Assembly: GCA_951406725.2 (NCBI GenBank)
Contig: OX597819.1
Location: forward strand, 22,010,001 to 22,074,000
DNA: 64,000 nt
Reading direction: 5' to 3'
Origin: Octopus vulgaris
Lineage: Eukaryota
Part shown: positions 42,290 through 55,171 of the stretch, piece after piece
Numbering within the stretch: position 1 is the stretch's first letter
Layout of the letters: every line of letters begins with the position of its first letter
Notes under the pieces: generated by a model
Told to the model about the DNA's origin: nothing
The model's database searches: none
The model's input: only the letters and a program-made list of their open reading frames with translations
Program-made: the position numbers and the translations under genes

Positions 42290-43894
42290 TCTTTGACTAA
42301 ATATCAGAGTTGCATGAAATTTCTGTTGCAATGGTAAAATTATGAAGACTACAATTGTTTTCTAAAAACAAAATAAATAGTAATTTTACTTCATAAGACT
42401 TCAAAAACTTCAAAAGCAGTTCTGCAGAGAACTTCAGATTCTCACAAAAACATGTCTAAAAAAGTTCATAAAATTTTATAAACTTGTATAAAATTTTTCC
42501 CAAACATTTCAAAATAATATGAAACGTATGTTTAGAGATGAAAGATTTTTTTCTAAATTTACAGCTACACTACGTTTCATTTGGTTTGATATTTTAGTCG
42601 GCATTCAGTGTATCTTCGCTGAATTTTGTACATAATGGCAGACAAGGTTCGCAAATGGAACTTCAGTTGACAAACTTCGGGGAATATCCTGTAGTAGTGA
42701 GTCAATGACCGAGTGAATGAAGACGTTATTAACTTTACTTTAAATGTAATGAGAGTACATAAATAGGCAATCAAATCATGCGCCCAGCATCTTAAGTAAT
42801 TTGGTTGAGGAAGTAAACGGTTATCCCTGATATCTCATTATAAAGATGCTTTCATGTGCTAGGATTGATTTACAATAAAATGCTCATGAATAGTGGATTC
42901 TCCTATAAGTTTATATATGTAAAAAGCACTGAGGAAAAGGAATATTTAAGTTAGCAGTAAGAACTAACATGGCTAAGAAATTACTTAATCTAATAGATTA
43001 AGGAACTGAGTTAGGTTTAGTTACTCAGCTAATAAAATTTTCAGTTATTTAAAAATTATAATGCGGCAACACCGAATGAAACGGGGAGTCAAACAGGAGG
43101 TAAATCATACAACTTCGGAATTTGTGAGAATTACCAAGTAGAGGGTAGATATTTGGCAAATTCGATGACATACAGCACATAGGCAAAAACTAACCAGTGA
43201 TATGAGCCGAAAGTATATAACGGGGTAACTAAATTAACATTCAAAATAGATTTTATGAGTAAAAGCATTCATTTGTCTGCCTCGATTAAAAATGCGTTAC
43301 GGCTTCGTCAAAATTTATTTTAGTGAGGCTAGTTCTCACGAATTCAAAATTATTTGGTCAATTTTAGATAAGACTCAACCCTAAAGAAACGGCAATGTGC
43401 ATTTTGGGTGTAATATTCTGGATTTTGTTTCGAGAAAGTAACAGTTTGTACTAAAGAATAGAATTGTTATCACATTGTCTGCTTGGTACGAGGTATATTT
43501 TGTGCAAGAACCAGTCATCTTGATTCGGAGACAAAAACCACGGTTTTAAAGTGTTTTTTAAAAACTATTTTTGAAAATTGTTTAAACAGCAACACATTTC
43601 CGTGAGAGGGGAGTCCTCGAAGTGAAATGAGGCTTCAATGTAAAATTCATTGACAAGTTTAAAATAATATTAGTAATTGAAATATGTTAAAGCATGAGGC
43701 AAACCAAGAGAAGTCAGGTTCGAACTCCCTGTTGAAAATGAAGAAGAGGGGAAACTCACAGCACTACCATATCGGAGCCTTCTTTTCAGTTGTTATGCAT
43801 TAAAGAAAACTGTAAATGTGCGTATTGTGTTCTATAATTGATCGCTTTATTGTAAATAAAAATCGGAAATTTATACATACATACATATATACAC

Positions 43895-44560
43895 TCGGGG
43901 GCTCACTTAACAACATAGTAGTTAAAATCTTGTCCACACATAGAACAGACGCAACACGTAGACAAATTACGGAAGCTACACACATAATAGAAGATAAACC
44001 TAGCCTGAATAGGAAACTAGAATGGAACACTAGCATACACTCCCAACACACCACAACCTATAACAGAATAAGATCCTCATAAACTGATAATAATATGAAT
44101 ATAATACAATACACAGGTAGGTAAATGGAATTAAAAAACTATATACATAAACAAAATAGATTATATTAATTAAAAAAAAACAGAAAGAAAAGAAAGTAAG
44201 TAGATATTAACAAATGAATAAAATAAATAAAAGTAAATTAAACAAACGATAGTGCAAGCACATCCCCCACACACACACACGCACTTACAAAACATAGACA
44301 CACAAGGATATACGCATGCGCAAACACAGACATATACAATAGGAATACAAAATGGCAGATCGTTAGTAAGGAGAGACACACAAAAAGAAAGAAAGCAAAG
44401 GACCACTGATGAAGTCACAGAAGTATGACGAAAGAACTCTGGCCGATGTAGAATTAATATAAAATAAAGCTGAAGCAAGTGAACAACAAATATACAGTGC
44501 GTGTGTTTTCATTGACTAAACTGGCAACTAGACCATCCCTAAATACAATATATAGGTATA
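43895..44560 (+). mobile_element. Penelope-like element extreme 3' fragment (GIY-YIG C-terminus and UTR with HHR)
   Basis: KILSTHRTDATRRQITEATHIIEDKPSLNRKLEW matches the PLE endonuclease C-terminal pattern. HHR at 44401. Confidence 0.7.
44401..44444 (+). ncRNA. Minimal type I hammerhead ribozyme
   Basis: GACCA-CUGAUGA-A-GUCA(CAGAAGUA)UGAC-GAAA-GAAC-UC|UGGCC. The core is intact; stem III is one change from palindromic AGUACU. Confidence 0.78.
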
Positions 44561-44595
44561 TGTATGTGTGTGTGTATATATATATATATAGAGAG

Positions 44596-44668
<73 letters not shown>

Positions 44669-44669
44669 C

Positions 44670-44910
44670 ACCGTGGCACTTCGTCGGTTACGACGTCGAG
44701 GGTTCCAGTTGATCCAATCAACGGAACAGCCTGCAGTGAAATTAACGTGTAAGTGGCTGAGCACTCCACAGACACGTGTACCCTTAACATAGTTTTCGAG
44801 GAGATTCAGCGTGACACAATGTGGGACAAGGTTGGCCCTTTGACATGCAGGTACAACAGAAACGGAAGCATGGCAGCAATCAAATGACTGAAACAAGTAA
44901 AAGAATAAAT
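44670..44910 (-). mobile_element. SINE family B 3' half joined to a SINE C tail fragment
   Basis: Reverse complement of ggatcaactggaaccctcgacgtcgtaaccgacg, followed by caaatgactgaaacaagtaaaagaataaa on +. Confidence 0.75.
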
Positions 44911-45941
44911 GACAAAAGTTCAGAACTTACCAATCTCTTAAGCATTCATCTCTTTGAATATTTATAACCTCTGCAATACCCTAACCAGCAGCTATAACTT
45001 GTTTCCATTACATTACCTTTCAAATCTAAAGCAAAATGTTTCTTATCTGCTCAGACAACTTTAAATGTTTGAAGCTTCGCTACGCTCCAATCCGAGCGTT
45101 TCTGCACACCATCATCCAATTCTCTTAGCTGTATTTCGTCCCTATTAAAATCTTGAAATTGTTCTATTGGTCTCATCAGAACTGATGTAACTACAAACGG
45201 TTCTCTTCCCTAGTCATCTGAATATATGATCTTCAGATGAGACAACCGCTCTTCTTTCGACACTTCCAATGATCCGAGCAGCCTTTCTTCAAAAACTGTT
45301 CCATATCTATTTGGCTCGAATGTAAAAGTCTTTCCTCAAGATGCTTTCTTTTCTGGCAGAAATGTTCTCCCCCCAACACTTCACTTCTCTCTTCTTTCAC
45401 CTCATGTCCACATACAGCTTTGAGAGACTTGCCTTTGTGCCTTTCTAAGTTTTTTCTCATCATCGTCGAAGATTCTTTATTTTTTCATAACCTAAATTTG
45501 CTAGCAGACGGCGCCCCGTTAACAAAATCTTACCTCTATTGCTCGCCACATACTTTCGTCCACCAATCAATTTGGTCCTTTACTGATCCAGGCATTAATT
45601 GCAATGAACTGTTTCTATCACACCTTAAATTCTTTTCCACTTGACCTCTTAGGAGCAACTTCAGAAAATTATCTGTCCAGCATTTTCCCTTGGTCATTGT
45701 TTCCTGAGTGTGTAGCTTCGATTCCAGAACTGCGCAGAGCGTTCTATTCTTGAGCAATTCATTTCATTTCACGTTCTTCATGTCTGTTCACCCAATCCTA
45801 AATGAGTAGAAACTGTGTGACAGACCGCCGTCGCGGCCATGCTGTGATCTCAATCGCCTATACATCATGGAAAGCGTGTAAGTGACATTTTCAATTCTGA
45901 AAGTCGAAATAGTAGCGCCTAGGGGTCGATGGTGATGATGA

Positions 45942-45993
<52 letters not shown>

Positions 45994-47373
45994 CAAAATA
46001 TAACTGTATATATACATATATGTGTATGTATGCATGCATACGTGTATGTATATATGTATGTATGTACAAAATATGAACATACTGAAATTGGAGAATACGT
46101 TTATCTGGTAATACTCTTATCTGTTGCTCTAAATATCCAGAATCAGCAACAGTTTTAATGATAACACATGGTCACATTCTCCTTCACTTTCCCAGAGCTT
46201 CTAACTCGCTCACTAACTCACTCGCTCACACACTTTTATCAGATTCAATTATCTTAAACATATAAAGCATTTAACCGGATATGTACTTGGACAATGCCAA
46301 TTCTCGCTGCATCTCTCCAAATGAACGCTATCCCACAATTTACTTATAGAACAATAGCAGTATGGAGATAACATTTTCTTAATTTAAGAGATCTTCACAC
46401 AGAATAGATTAATCAAAGTCAACTTTAGATTCCAGTACCATTTACGATAACACTGCCGTTTCACAAATGCTTATCTGAAAATGACAGACGAAAACAGATC
46501 CTCCATTAACTATTTTAGGATAAAATAGCCCTGCTGGGAAGTTAATCAGCGGTTATATAACTCATTTTGATAACATATATATTCTTACAAAGCAAGAGGG
46601 TGACAAACAGCCAGAATGAGAAAGAGAGAGAGAGAGAGTTATATATACGCATACCCATGAAAATATGTATGTAATTCTGAGTGACTGCCTTGTGTATGTG
46701 TATACATATATACACTCGCAAATATACACATGTATATAAATAATTATGCATATAAATTATGCATATAAATAATTATGTATGTGTGTGTATGTAGGTATAT
46801 ATATATAATTATGCATATATATATATATATATATGTTGCATATATGTGTGTGTGCCTTTACATACATATATTGATATGCATACATATATATACAAAGTTA
46901 CAAACATATATATATATATATATATTCATAAGCACATACAGAAATGTATGCAAGCGTGTGTATATGTATGCATACGCATGCTTATGTATATGCATCAATA
47001 TATATGTACATGAGTAACATGTTTGTGTGTATATATGTGTGGCATTTGTGTGTAAGTTTCGTGTGAGTTGTATGGGGTTTTTTAAGTGTGTGCGTTTGTG
47101 TGCGCGCGTTTAAGATACTGACTGCGAATTAATAAATACAATCGTTAATCACAAAATTGATTTCACTTATTTGAGAATTTCAAAAATAGAAAACCTTTAA
47201 TTATTTCAAACTGTGAATTACAGCACAGTTTGTTTGTTAGGCTCGATGCTCGATAAGAACGCTACAGTAAATAATTCTTAACAATAAATACTTCGATTAA
47301 ATATCAACCAATAATAAATGACTGTTATTTTTAGAGGAATAGTAATTGTTGTTGTTACCTAATTGTTTGGGGT

Positions 47374-47402
<29 letters not shown>

Positions 47403-47407
<5 letters not shown>

Positions 47408-48600
47408 AAACAGTAACAGAAAGGAGGAATTTCGATTATCCCCACGTTGTGAGTTGTAATATATATAAAAGAAATTAAAAAAGGAAAATACGCACACTTT
47501 ACATAGTTTTGATATAATTTATAATATATCGACCGGTTTCGCTATCCCTATTCATGATATTATGGTTTACTTATTTGAATATGTATTTTCTTAAGAAGAA
47601 ATTTTGTCCATGTTGTGTGTCATGATATTTACGAGTGAATGACTTCACAAGTAGAAATATAAGGGGAGGTAATTGGTTATCGTTATTATTGTTATTGTTG
47701 TGGGCAAGGGAGATAACTGTTCAGCTTTCGGTATGGGAAGGGGGATATATATGTACAGGCAAAAAAAAAATGTTTCGAAAAACTTGTTTAGTGAGGGGAT
47801 TTATGTACAGGGATGTAATTGTGAATTGAAATGTGTAAAAAGATATATTTCGTATTTTTCAATGAAAAAACATTCTTTATTTAAACGTTCTTGTGGAAAG
47901 ATTGTGTCTTTGCACTGGTAGAAGGGGACTACTGTGAAATTTGGTTTGATGTTATCTGCACATTTTTTCTCTATGTTCACTGAGAGGAATTTGCCTGTAT
48001 TGCGGGAAACGGATTTGCTCTTCAAGTACAGTGGTTCTCTTTTTCAAGGTCATATTCGTCTGTCCAAATAAGTTGTGTCCGCAACCCGAGCAGGTTATTA
48101 CATAAATTAGGTTCTCAGATGCACAAGTGAAACTAGTTTTAATTGTGAACCTCTGTCCTTGTTTGAAAAGGAAATCCGAGCCTTCAAGTACGTTGGGGCA
48201 GGTTCCACAGTTTGGCCGTCCACATTTTTAAACCGTTGGTTTCATGGTTGTTTTGTAAAGCTTCGCCTTTGTTAGTAGTCTCTTTAGCGATTTGTCTTGC
48301 TTTTTGCATTTGATGATTTTGTTTGTTTTCAGGATGTCGTTCATTTTGGGATCCCAGTCACATTAGGAGAGACAAGAGAATTGGGTAATGGCGGCGTTTT
48401 GTTTGCATTATTTTTTACCTTTCTTCTGGCACGTTTTTGGCTCGTTCTCAGTGTTTTGAGAAGATGGATTTACATCACGAGAGAGAGCCATTTGCTTCAA
48501 AATGCTTGTTATTGCATTTGTTTCAGAGTAAAGGTGCTTTGGTTGGGATAAGATTCGTCGCAGTATTTTTTTAACCGCATCTTATATGATGTTGACAACG
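47403..48600 (-). mobile_element. Penelope-like element 3' fragment with GIY-YIG endonuclease
   Basis: Minus translation KCGRPNCGTCPNVLEGS...FTCASENLIYVITCSGCGHNLFGQT...LKKR. The 3' UTR has a partial HHR (GAAACCGGUC|GAUAU at about 47526-47560) and ends at (TA)n. Confidence 0.85.
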
Positions 48601-48775
48601 CTTTATGTATGTATGTACGTATGTACGAATGTAGGTAGGTAGGTTGGTAGGTAGGTATGTATGCACGTATGTATGTATGTATGTATGTATGTATGCATGC
48701 TTGTATGTGTGTATGTATGTATGTTTGTATGTATGTATGCAAGTATGTATGTATGTATGTATGTATGTATGTATG

Positions 48776-50006
48776 TGCAGATTTGTATGTTTTATGTATG
48801 TATTCTCATGCATGTACTTGTATACTTAGACATGCTCATATATATAATTATATATCTAAATGATAAACTTCTGGAAAATTTTACAGATATTTTTCAGTTT
48901 CAGTGATGGACTGGATCTGTAGTCTTCGAATTAGCTTTCTCATTTCTGGTTTTTGAGAAGCCTAATTTCTCAAGATTGGTAATTAGGTAGTGTGTTACAA
49001 TATATATCCCAGGGCCTCAATAATTACAGATATAAACCTGAACTTGTGATCTGGATAGAATAACTGCAGATGTCTCAATAGTTCAGCATGGGAGTTTTCG
49101 TTTTCACTGATCTTCAGCTTTATGTTAACATCCGCTGGGCAGCTAATTTCTACAACTGTGCATAGTTTCTCTTCTCTATCCCAAATCCTTATATTAGGCC
49201 TTTTGTACTTACATTTTATTAAGGTATTCAGTTGTACATTCCACCAGTATTCGTTTTTACAATGAATGAGTGGCTACGGTTTCTACCATATTGTGGGTTC
49301 TTATTTCTTTGTCCTCGGGATTATCCTTTCGACGGATTTCATTATTGAGTGTCCTAGCTGCAACATCGTGTCTCATCAGTAGATAATACCATGATAATAT
49401 CTTCGGACAACTGGTTATGATGTGGGAGATAGCTTGAGTGTGAACGCCACAAAGTCTGCATCGGTTGTCACATTTTACGGCTTTTCTTGCATCTCTATCC
49501 CTTCTGTGCATCAGGTACTTGGTTGATATTTCCCGTTCCTAGATTGCAAACGCATACTCTTCAAAGTGGGAGGTAGTAATCCGGCTATTGGTCCATGATA
49601 TACGGCTTTGATGATCGATATTACTAGCATCACGGAGCTTTCTACCAACATATCCATGCATAATCTTCTGCTTATACAGACTCATCCTTCCATTATCCTT
49701 CTAGATTATCAGACAAAGAGTGTTCCTCAAGTTGCAGCCTCCGAAGTCTTATGGTGTTATCAGCATCGTGTATGTTAATTTGGCCAAGCGATGCACTTCC
49801 ATCCTTGGTGTTTAAAAGATGTTGCCGAGGTGATATGATACGACATTCAAAGGGGTTTGGGATCGATGTTAAGCCTCTGCTGCTTTCTTTACGTTTTAGT
49901 TAGAGGTGCTCTACGTCACTGTTTATATGGAAATTATGCTTTTTAGTATTTTTCGGGTTTTCCCATTAATGGCTCGGATCTCATCGAGCGTCCAGGGAAG
50001 CAGCCC
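48776..50006 (-). mobile_element. 5'-truncated R4/Dong-like RLE retrotransposon flanked by (CATA)n arrays
   Basis: Translations WTLDEIRAINGKTRKIL, CRLCGVHTQAISHIITSC...RHD, RPNIRIWDREEKLCTVVEISCP and LIRRLQIQSITG. (TATG)n lies at 48605-48776 and 50010-50108. Confidence 0.88.
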
Positions 50007-50109
50007 ATGCATACATATGTATGCATGCTTGCATGTATGTATGTATGTATATATGTATGTATGTATGTATGTATGTGTGTGTGTATGTATGTATGTATGT
50101 ATGTATGTC

Positions 50110-50440
50110 ATTGTTCAGTTTTATTTCAACATTTCTTGCCAATACGGAGAGAGCCGGTTTCTAACCTAGGTCCAGGGCTCCTTCACTGGAATTTCAACAT
50201 CATCAGCAACAAGGTATTTTTGTTTGTATGTATGTTTGTGTGCAGATTTGAATGTTTTGTTTTATGTATGTATTCTTATTCATATACTTGCATATCTATA
50301 TATGCTCATACATATTTAAATGAAAACATTCTGAAAAGTTTTACAGATTTTTACAGTTCCAGTGATGGACTGAATCTGTAGTCTTCGAATTAGCTTTCTC
50401 CTTTCTGGTTTTGAGAAGCCTAATTTCTCAAGATTGGTAT
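50110..50440 (-). mobile_element. Second short 3' fragment of the same RLE family
   Basis: TNLEKLGFSKPERRKLIRRLQIQSITGTVKICKTF plus UTR, between (TATG)n arrays. Confidence 0.85.
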
Positions 50441-50877
50441 GTAAATATGTATGTATGTACGTGTATGTATGTATGTATGTATGTATGTATGTATGTATGC
50501 ACGTACTAGACGGTGGATCCCCGTGTAGGTTCAACGATTATCTAGAAATGGCACGGGCTTTCAGGAATTCTGGGCTCGCATCTGGTTTTCCGGAAGATCA
50601 CTGGGAGTGAGGCATCCCTTAGCTTTCGCTAGGGCATGTCCCTAGGAGAAACTCGCCTTGATATAAAAATCAGAAACGCAGAGAATTGTAGTGAGCATTT
50701 TGGGGATCTTTTGCATAAGCCGGTGACTTACATGGGTGCTTGATATTTTGCTTAGGGTCCTCTCTAAATCATGGAAATAGGGTTCGAATGTCTATGAGAT
50801 GATTTGTAAGCTTATTGGTTCTACAAGTTTTCACTGCATTGTTTTATCTGTGATGGTCATATAGACATATTCGTCTT

Positions 50878-51150
50878 TTCAAATAGTGGTAGATAGCTTT
50901 ACAAAATGGCCAGAAATGTGTAAACGTAGCAAACCGACATCCACGATAACAGTTGAATTTCTGAACGAGCTTTTTGCTAGGTATGGAGTCTCGGATTCCA
51001 TAGTTTTCGATATCCGTACACAATTCACGGCGAATGAATTTAAGAGTTTTTGCAAGATGTGCTCAATTGAACATATCACTACACCTCCGTATCACCCTAG
51101 ATCTAATGAGCGAGCGGAAAGGTTCGTGGATACATTTAAAAAAGAAATCA
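50878..51150 (+). mobile_element. Ty3/Gypsy integrase (rve) fragment
   Basis: VVDSFTKWPE...LFARYGVSDSIVFD.RTQF...EFKSFC...HITTPPYHPRSNERAERFVDTFK, the DDE core. Confidence 0.88.
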
Positions 51151-51682
51151 AGAAACCACCTAGTCGAGTTGTCGGCGACTGAACTAGCAACTTCGACAAA
51201 CTGGTTTGATGAGGAGAGTGATTGTTGCAGACTTTGCAGGACGGAAAATAATACCTATCAAAGGGCGGAAGAGCTCATGAACAGTCAACGGCCATTCAAC
51301 AATATATCTACATACGTATGTATGCACGTATATATGTGTGTGCGGGATCATGGGAATACATGGGCTAGTGTGCAGGCCTGAGGTTGGCCTACCGGGAGTG
51401 GGAGTCCCCTCTGGTGAGAAAAGCTGAATCACTGACAATATTCGATGATGTAGACTAGATCTCCTTTTCAAGTATATGTCGTCCATTTTTAGAGATTGGG
51501 ATTGGATTTGTGCAAATCCTTTCCTCACTGTAAAACAAATCCTCGTGCTGCACATGCATCGCTGGAAAAAAAGTGAGACCTATCACAAAAATGACTGGTC
51601 GTAACCTTTGCATGTGTGGGACTTTCGATCAGGCGATGGTAATACTCGACACGAATTTACAGCCATCATGTATATATATACT

Positions 51683-51875
51683 ACAGTTCTATATTTAAGA
51701 GATGAGGAATTATTTACATTATTTACATTTGACGAATATTTGTCCTCATCTAATTTGTTGTTAACATAACGTTTCGGTTGATATACCCTGCAACCTTCAT
51801 CAGGTGTCTTGGGGAAATTTCGAACCTGGGTTCTCATTCCTAAGGTATTTTTCGATGTTGTTGTTGTTATTATTA

Positions 51876-51963
<88 letters not shown>

Positions 51964-52063
51964 CATCATTATTCAGGTCACTGGTTAAAATCGAACTCAG
52001 AATCTTGGGGTTAAGAGCGCGGGCTACTAACCCCAAGATTCCGAGTTCTATTCCAAGCAGGGA

Positions 52064-52126
<63 letters not shown>
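51683..52126 (-). mobile_element. tRNA-headed SINE-like element carrying a hammerhead, with inverted 5' head duplication
   Basis: Minus strand: partial tRNA head with B box gagttcgatt, then (AAT)n, HHR and an AT-rich tail ending at (TA)n. The plus strand 52009-52126 repeats the head and (AAT)n in inverted orientation. Confidence 0.75.
51763..51808 (-). ncRNA. Minimal type I hammerhead ribozyme
   Basis: GACAC-CUGAUGA-A-GGUUG(CAGGGUAUAU)CAACC-GAAACGUU|AUGUU: perfect 5-bp stem II, palindromic AACGUU stem III and one stem I mismatch next to the core. Confidence 0.8.
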
Positions 52127-52128
<2 letters not shown>

Positions 52129-52702
52129 TATATATACATATACATAACACAAACGTTTATATCCCCCCTCTCTCTCTCTCTACACACACACACACCCATA
52201 TATATTTCCACACCATGCATAGATACATATTCACACACACATATATGTACATATGTATGTATATGCAGTTATATAAACATGTGTATGTGTTTTTGAGCGT
52301 GTGTGTGTATGTGTGTTTGTGTGTGTGTGTGAGTGAGTTATCTTGTAAAACTTTGCTAAAACGAAATGCTTTCTGGTCACAAGCCTCAAATTACGGGAAT
52401 CAATTTAATCCGCTCTAGGCTGCGAGAAAAGAATGTGACTTTCGGGTGTCAGTGACACATTTATGCAGATAAGAATTGGTAAGCACATTTTATGATGTAA
52501 AATGGCGTTGATATATAACGCTCGTGATCAGTTTGCTAAATAGAAACAGTGGAAAGAATACGGATTATACGTTTAAAAAGAGCGTTTAGTTAAGCAAAGT
52601 AGCCGGTTAAAATTATATCTTATCACCGGGAAATTGACAGACGAGTCATGCCAAAACTACCACATGTGTTTACTAAACTTTAACTGAACTACGTAATTTA
52701 TT

Positions 52703-52828
52703 TACCGTATTTTTCCTCATACAAGTCTAATTTTTCAGACCAAAATTTACAACCAAAATGGTAAGTCTGCTTACACATGAAGACAACTTTAGTGGACTAC
52801 GTTGACTTGTATGTCAGAAAATACCTTT
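52703..52828. mobile_element. Short Tc2/pogo-like MITE remnant
   Basis: Inverted ends taccgtatttttcctcatacaagtc ... gacttgtatgtcagaaaatacc. Confidence 0.55.
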
Positions 52829-53019
52829 ACCGTTCTCTTAGTCCACTGGATTGGCAGCATTCATTTATAGTCTCTTTTCCTATGAAATCTTTTGTCGTAT
52901 TCATAACATACGGGTTTACTTCAAACATATTTAACCTTGTTCCAAATTAGTAACAAGGTGGAGCAACGTGCTGGTTGTCGAGTAAAATGGTAGTTTTCTT
53001 TTTGTTTCTAATATTTTAT

Positions 53020-54640
53020 TTATATGCCCGTGTTAGATACAATTGAAGAATTAGACTTTTCTGTTATATGTCCTCTAATGAACTGGAATATCTATGTTTC
53101 GAATTTCATCAAAATTGCAGATGAGGGTTATTTCCCTCTTTACACACCCCAAAAAAATTGTAATCGTGTGACATGTATCCCATACTACTGATTTTTATGC
53201 GCATATTCTAAAATTCCAGTCTTACTAAATCTTCTAAAAAGATTTTGTTCCTGAAAAATGAAGGTCGTGGAGCTCTAAAATGTGAGAGTTAAAGCCCCTG
53301 TTAATGTTGAGAATCTTTTTAACTTGGGTCTTATATCTATTGTTTGAATTTCTTTGAAATAGGAAATATATGTTCACTGGGTTTGTAAAAGAGAGCAAAG
53401 CTACGGGAAACCAATAGACGAATGATCACAATAAGGAATCATCTACAGTACCCTAGTCGTTACCACTCCCAATGTAGTATTCCTCACCATCAAGGTGACA
53501 GGCACGGCCGTAAGATGCATTACGAATCTATAGCAATTGGAAGGGCGTGACCCAACTGAAACAAACATTAACAATTCTGTGACGTGAGGGCTAAGGAGAA
53601 ATGCAAGTTGGAGTTTGCAAATGACCACTGTACTAATACGTAACTGGACAGAATAAATATACAATCTATAAATGTCTTTGAATAACCAGTCACTCATCTG
53701 GGAAGGCCTTGAAATCAATGTTACCCTGTGGGGACTATGTGTGACCCAGTGATAATAAAAAGACTGAAAGGAGATCTGCAATCAAATAACTTTATTCAAC
53801 ACTTTGCAACTGAATCAGTGGAGGCAAATATGCCTCTCATTTACTTGACCATTTATGCAGCACATTGCAGAAATTACAATCTAAGTGTATGTCAAAGCAA
53901 ATTCTTACACTGTTGTACCATTGAATTACAAATAATGCTCATCTTCTATGCTCGGATGACCCACAGCTTCCAAGAGTACAACTATTCGTCTTTGCTTAGA
54001 TAAAATGACAAAATTGTGGGTGTTAAATCCCCATGAAGGGGTCTTTCTAACTTGTAAGAAGATGAAATTTTATAAATATTACTTCATTTGTATCTAATAT
54101 CTATGGTTAAAATTTCATCAACAGCAAAAATATATGAATTGTCATGGGGGTTGTAGCCCTTATGCATAGAACATAATTTCCAAATTTCGCAAAGATCCAT
54201 TCAGAACTTTTGACTTAGTTTTGGATCATAAAATAAATTACTAAAATTTGGGAGTTAAGGCTCCCATTAGGGTGTCTTAGAATCTTCATGTGAAGTGGAA
54301 ACTTTGAGAATACTTCTTGATGTGTGTCAATTACCCATGATTAAAATTTCATCAACATCGAAAATTTATGAAGTTTCATGGGGGTTCTGCCCCCTTTAAG
54401 CCATCTGAAATTCAAACCAAACATATTGCATTATACTCGTCCTTATTCATTGAATCGAAGTTTCAAATATCATAAGGATCCATTCAGTAATTTTGGTCCA
54501 TAAAATTGTATGAAACACACAGCATTACCCTTCTCCCTAGGCTTCGATTTTGTGTTCCAAATTTCATTATGATCGGTGCAGCAGTTTTCAAATGTATAAG
54601 TAATACACGAACACATAAAGACTTTGTCTTTGATATAAGT
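53020..54640. repeat. Old non-autonomous DNA element with internal sub-repeats, interrupted
   Basis: Recurrent motifs aaatttcatcaa, catgggggtt..gccc and aaggatccattcag.a.ttttg. Confidence 0.45.
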
Positions 54641-54739
54641 ATGAATGTACACATATACATACATGTATATATATATATGTATGTGTGTGTGTATGCGTGT
54701 GTGTGTGTATTATATATATATAAATAAATATATAAATAA

Positions 54740-54798
<59 letters not shown>

Positions 54799-54869
54799 AA
54801 GATAAATTGATAGTTACAACTGAGTGGGCAAACAAAAATATGAGGCACAGCGTAGTGCTTTTTTATGCT

Positions 54870-55171
54870 GATAAGCTTGGTACATATTCTGTTAGTTTCT
54901 TCTTGTGAAACCAGTAAGTTATGGGGATATAAATAAAGGAACAGCAGCTGTGAAGCAGTGATGAGGGAGAAACACAAAGACACCCACACAGACTTACATA
55001 TTTATACGATTGATTTCTTTCAGTTTCGTCTACAAAATCCACTGGCAAGGCTTTGGTTGGTCTGAGGCTATAGCAGAAGACACATGCCAAGTCACCACAC
55101 AGTGGGGACGGAAACCAGGACCATGTGTTTTGGAACGAAGTTTGTTACAACACAGCCACACCTGCACCTAT
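54870..55171 (-). mobile_element. SINE family C copy
   Basis: Reverse-complement homology to 30715-31115. Confidence 0.8.

Noticed and set aside
44925-45920. In-frame minus-strand ORF pieces (45233-45757)
   Set aside because: Interrupted by stops with no recognisable motif; likely an unclassified TE relic.
52009-52066. tRNA gene
   Set aside because: It lacks an acceptor stem and 5' end; it is a tRNA-derived repeat head, like the other SINE heads.
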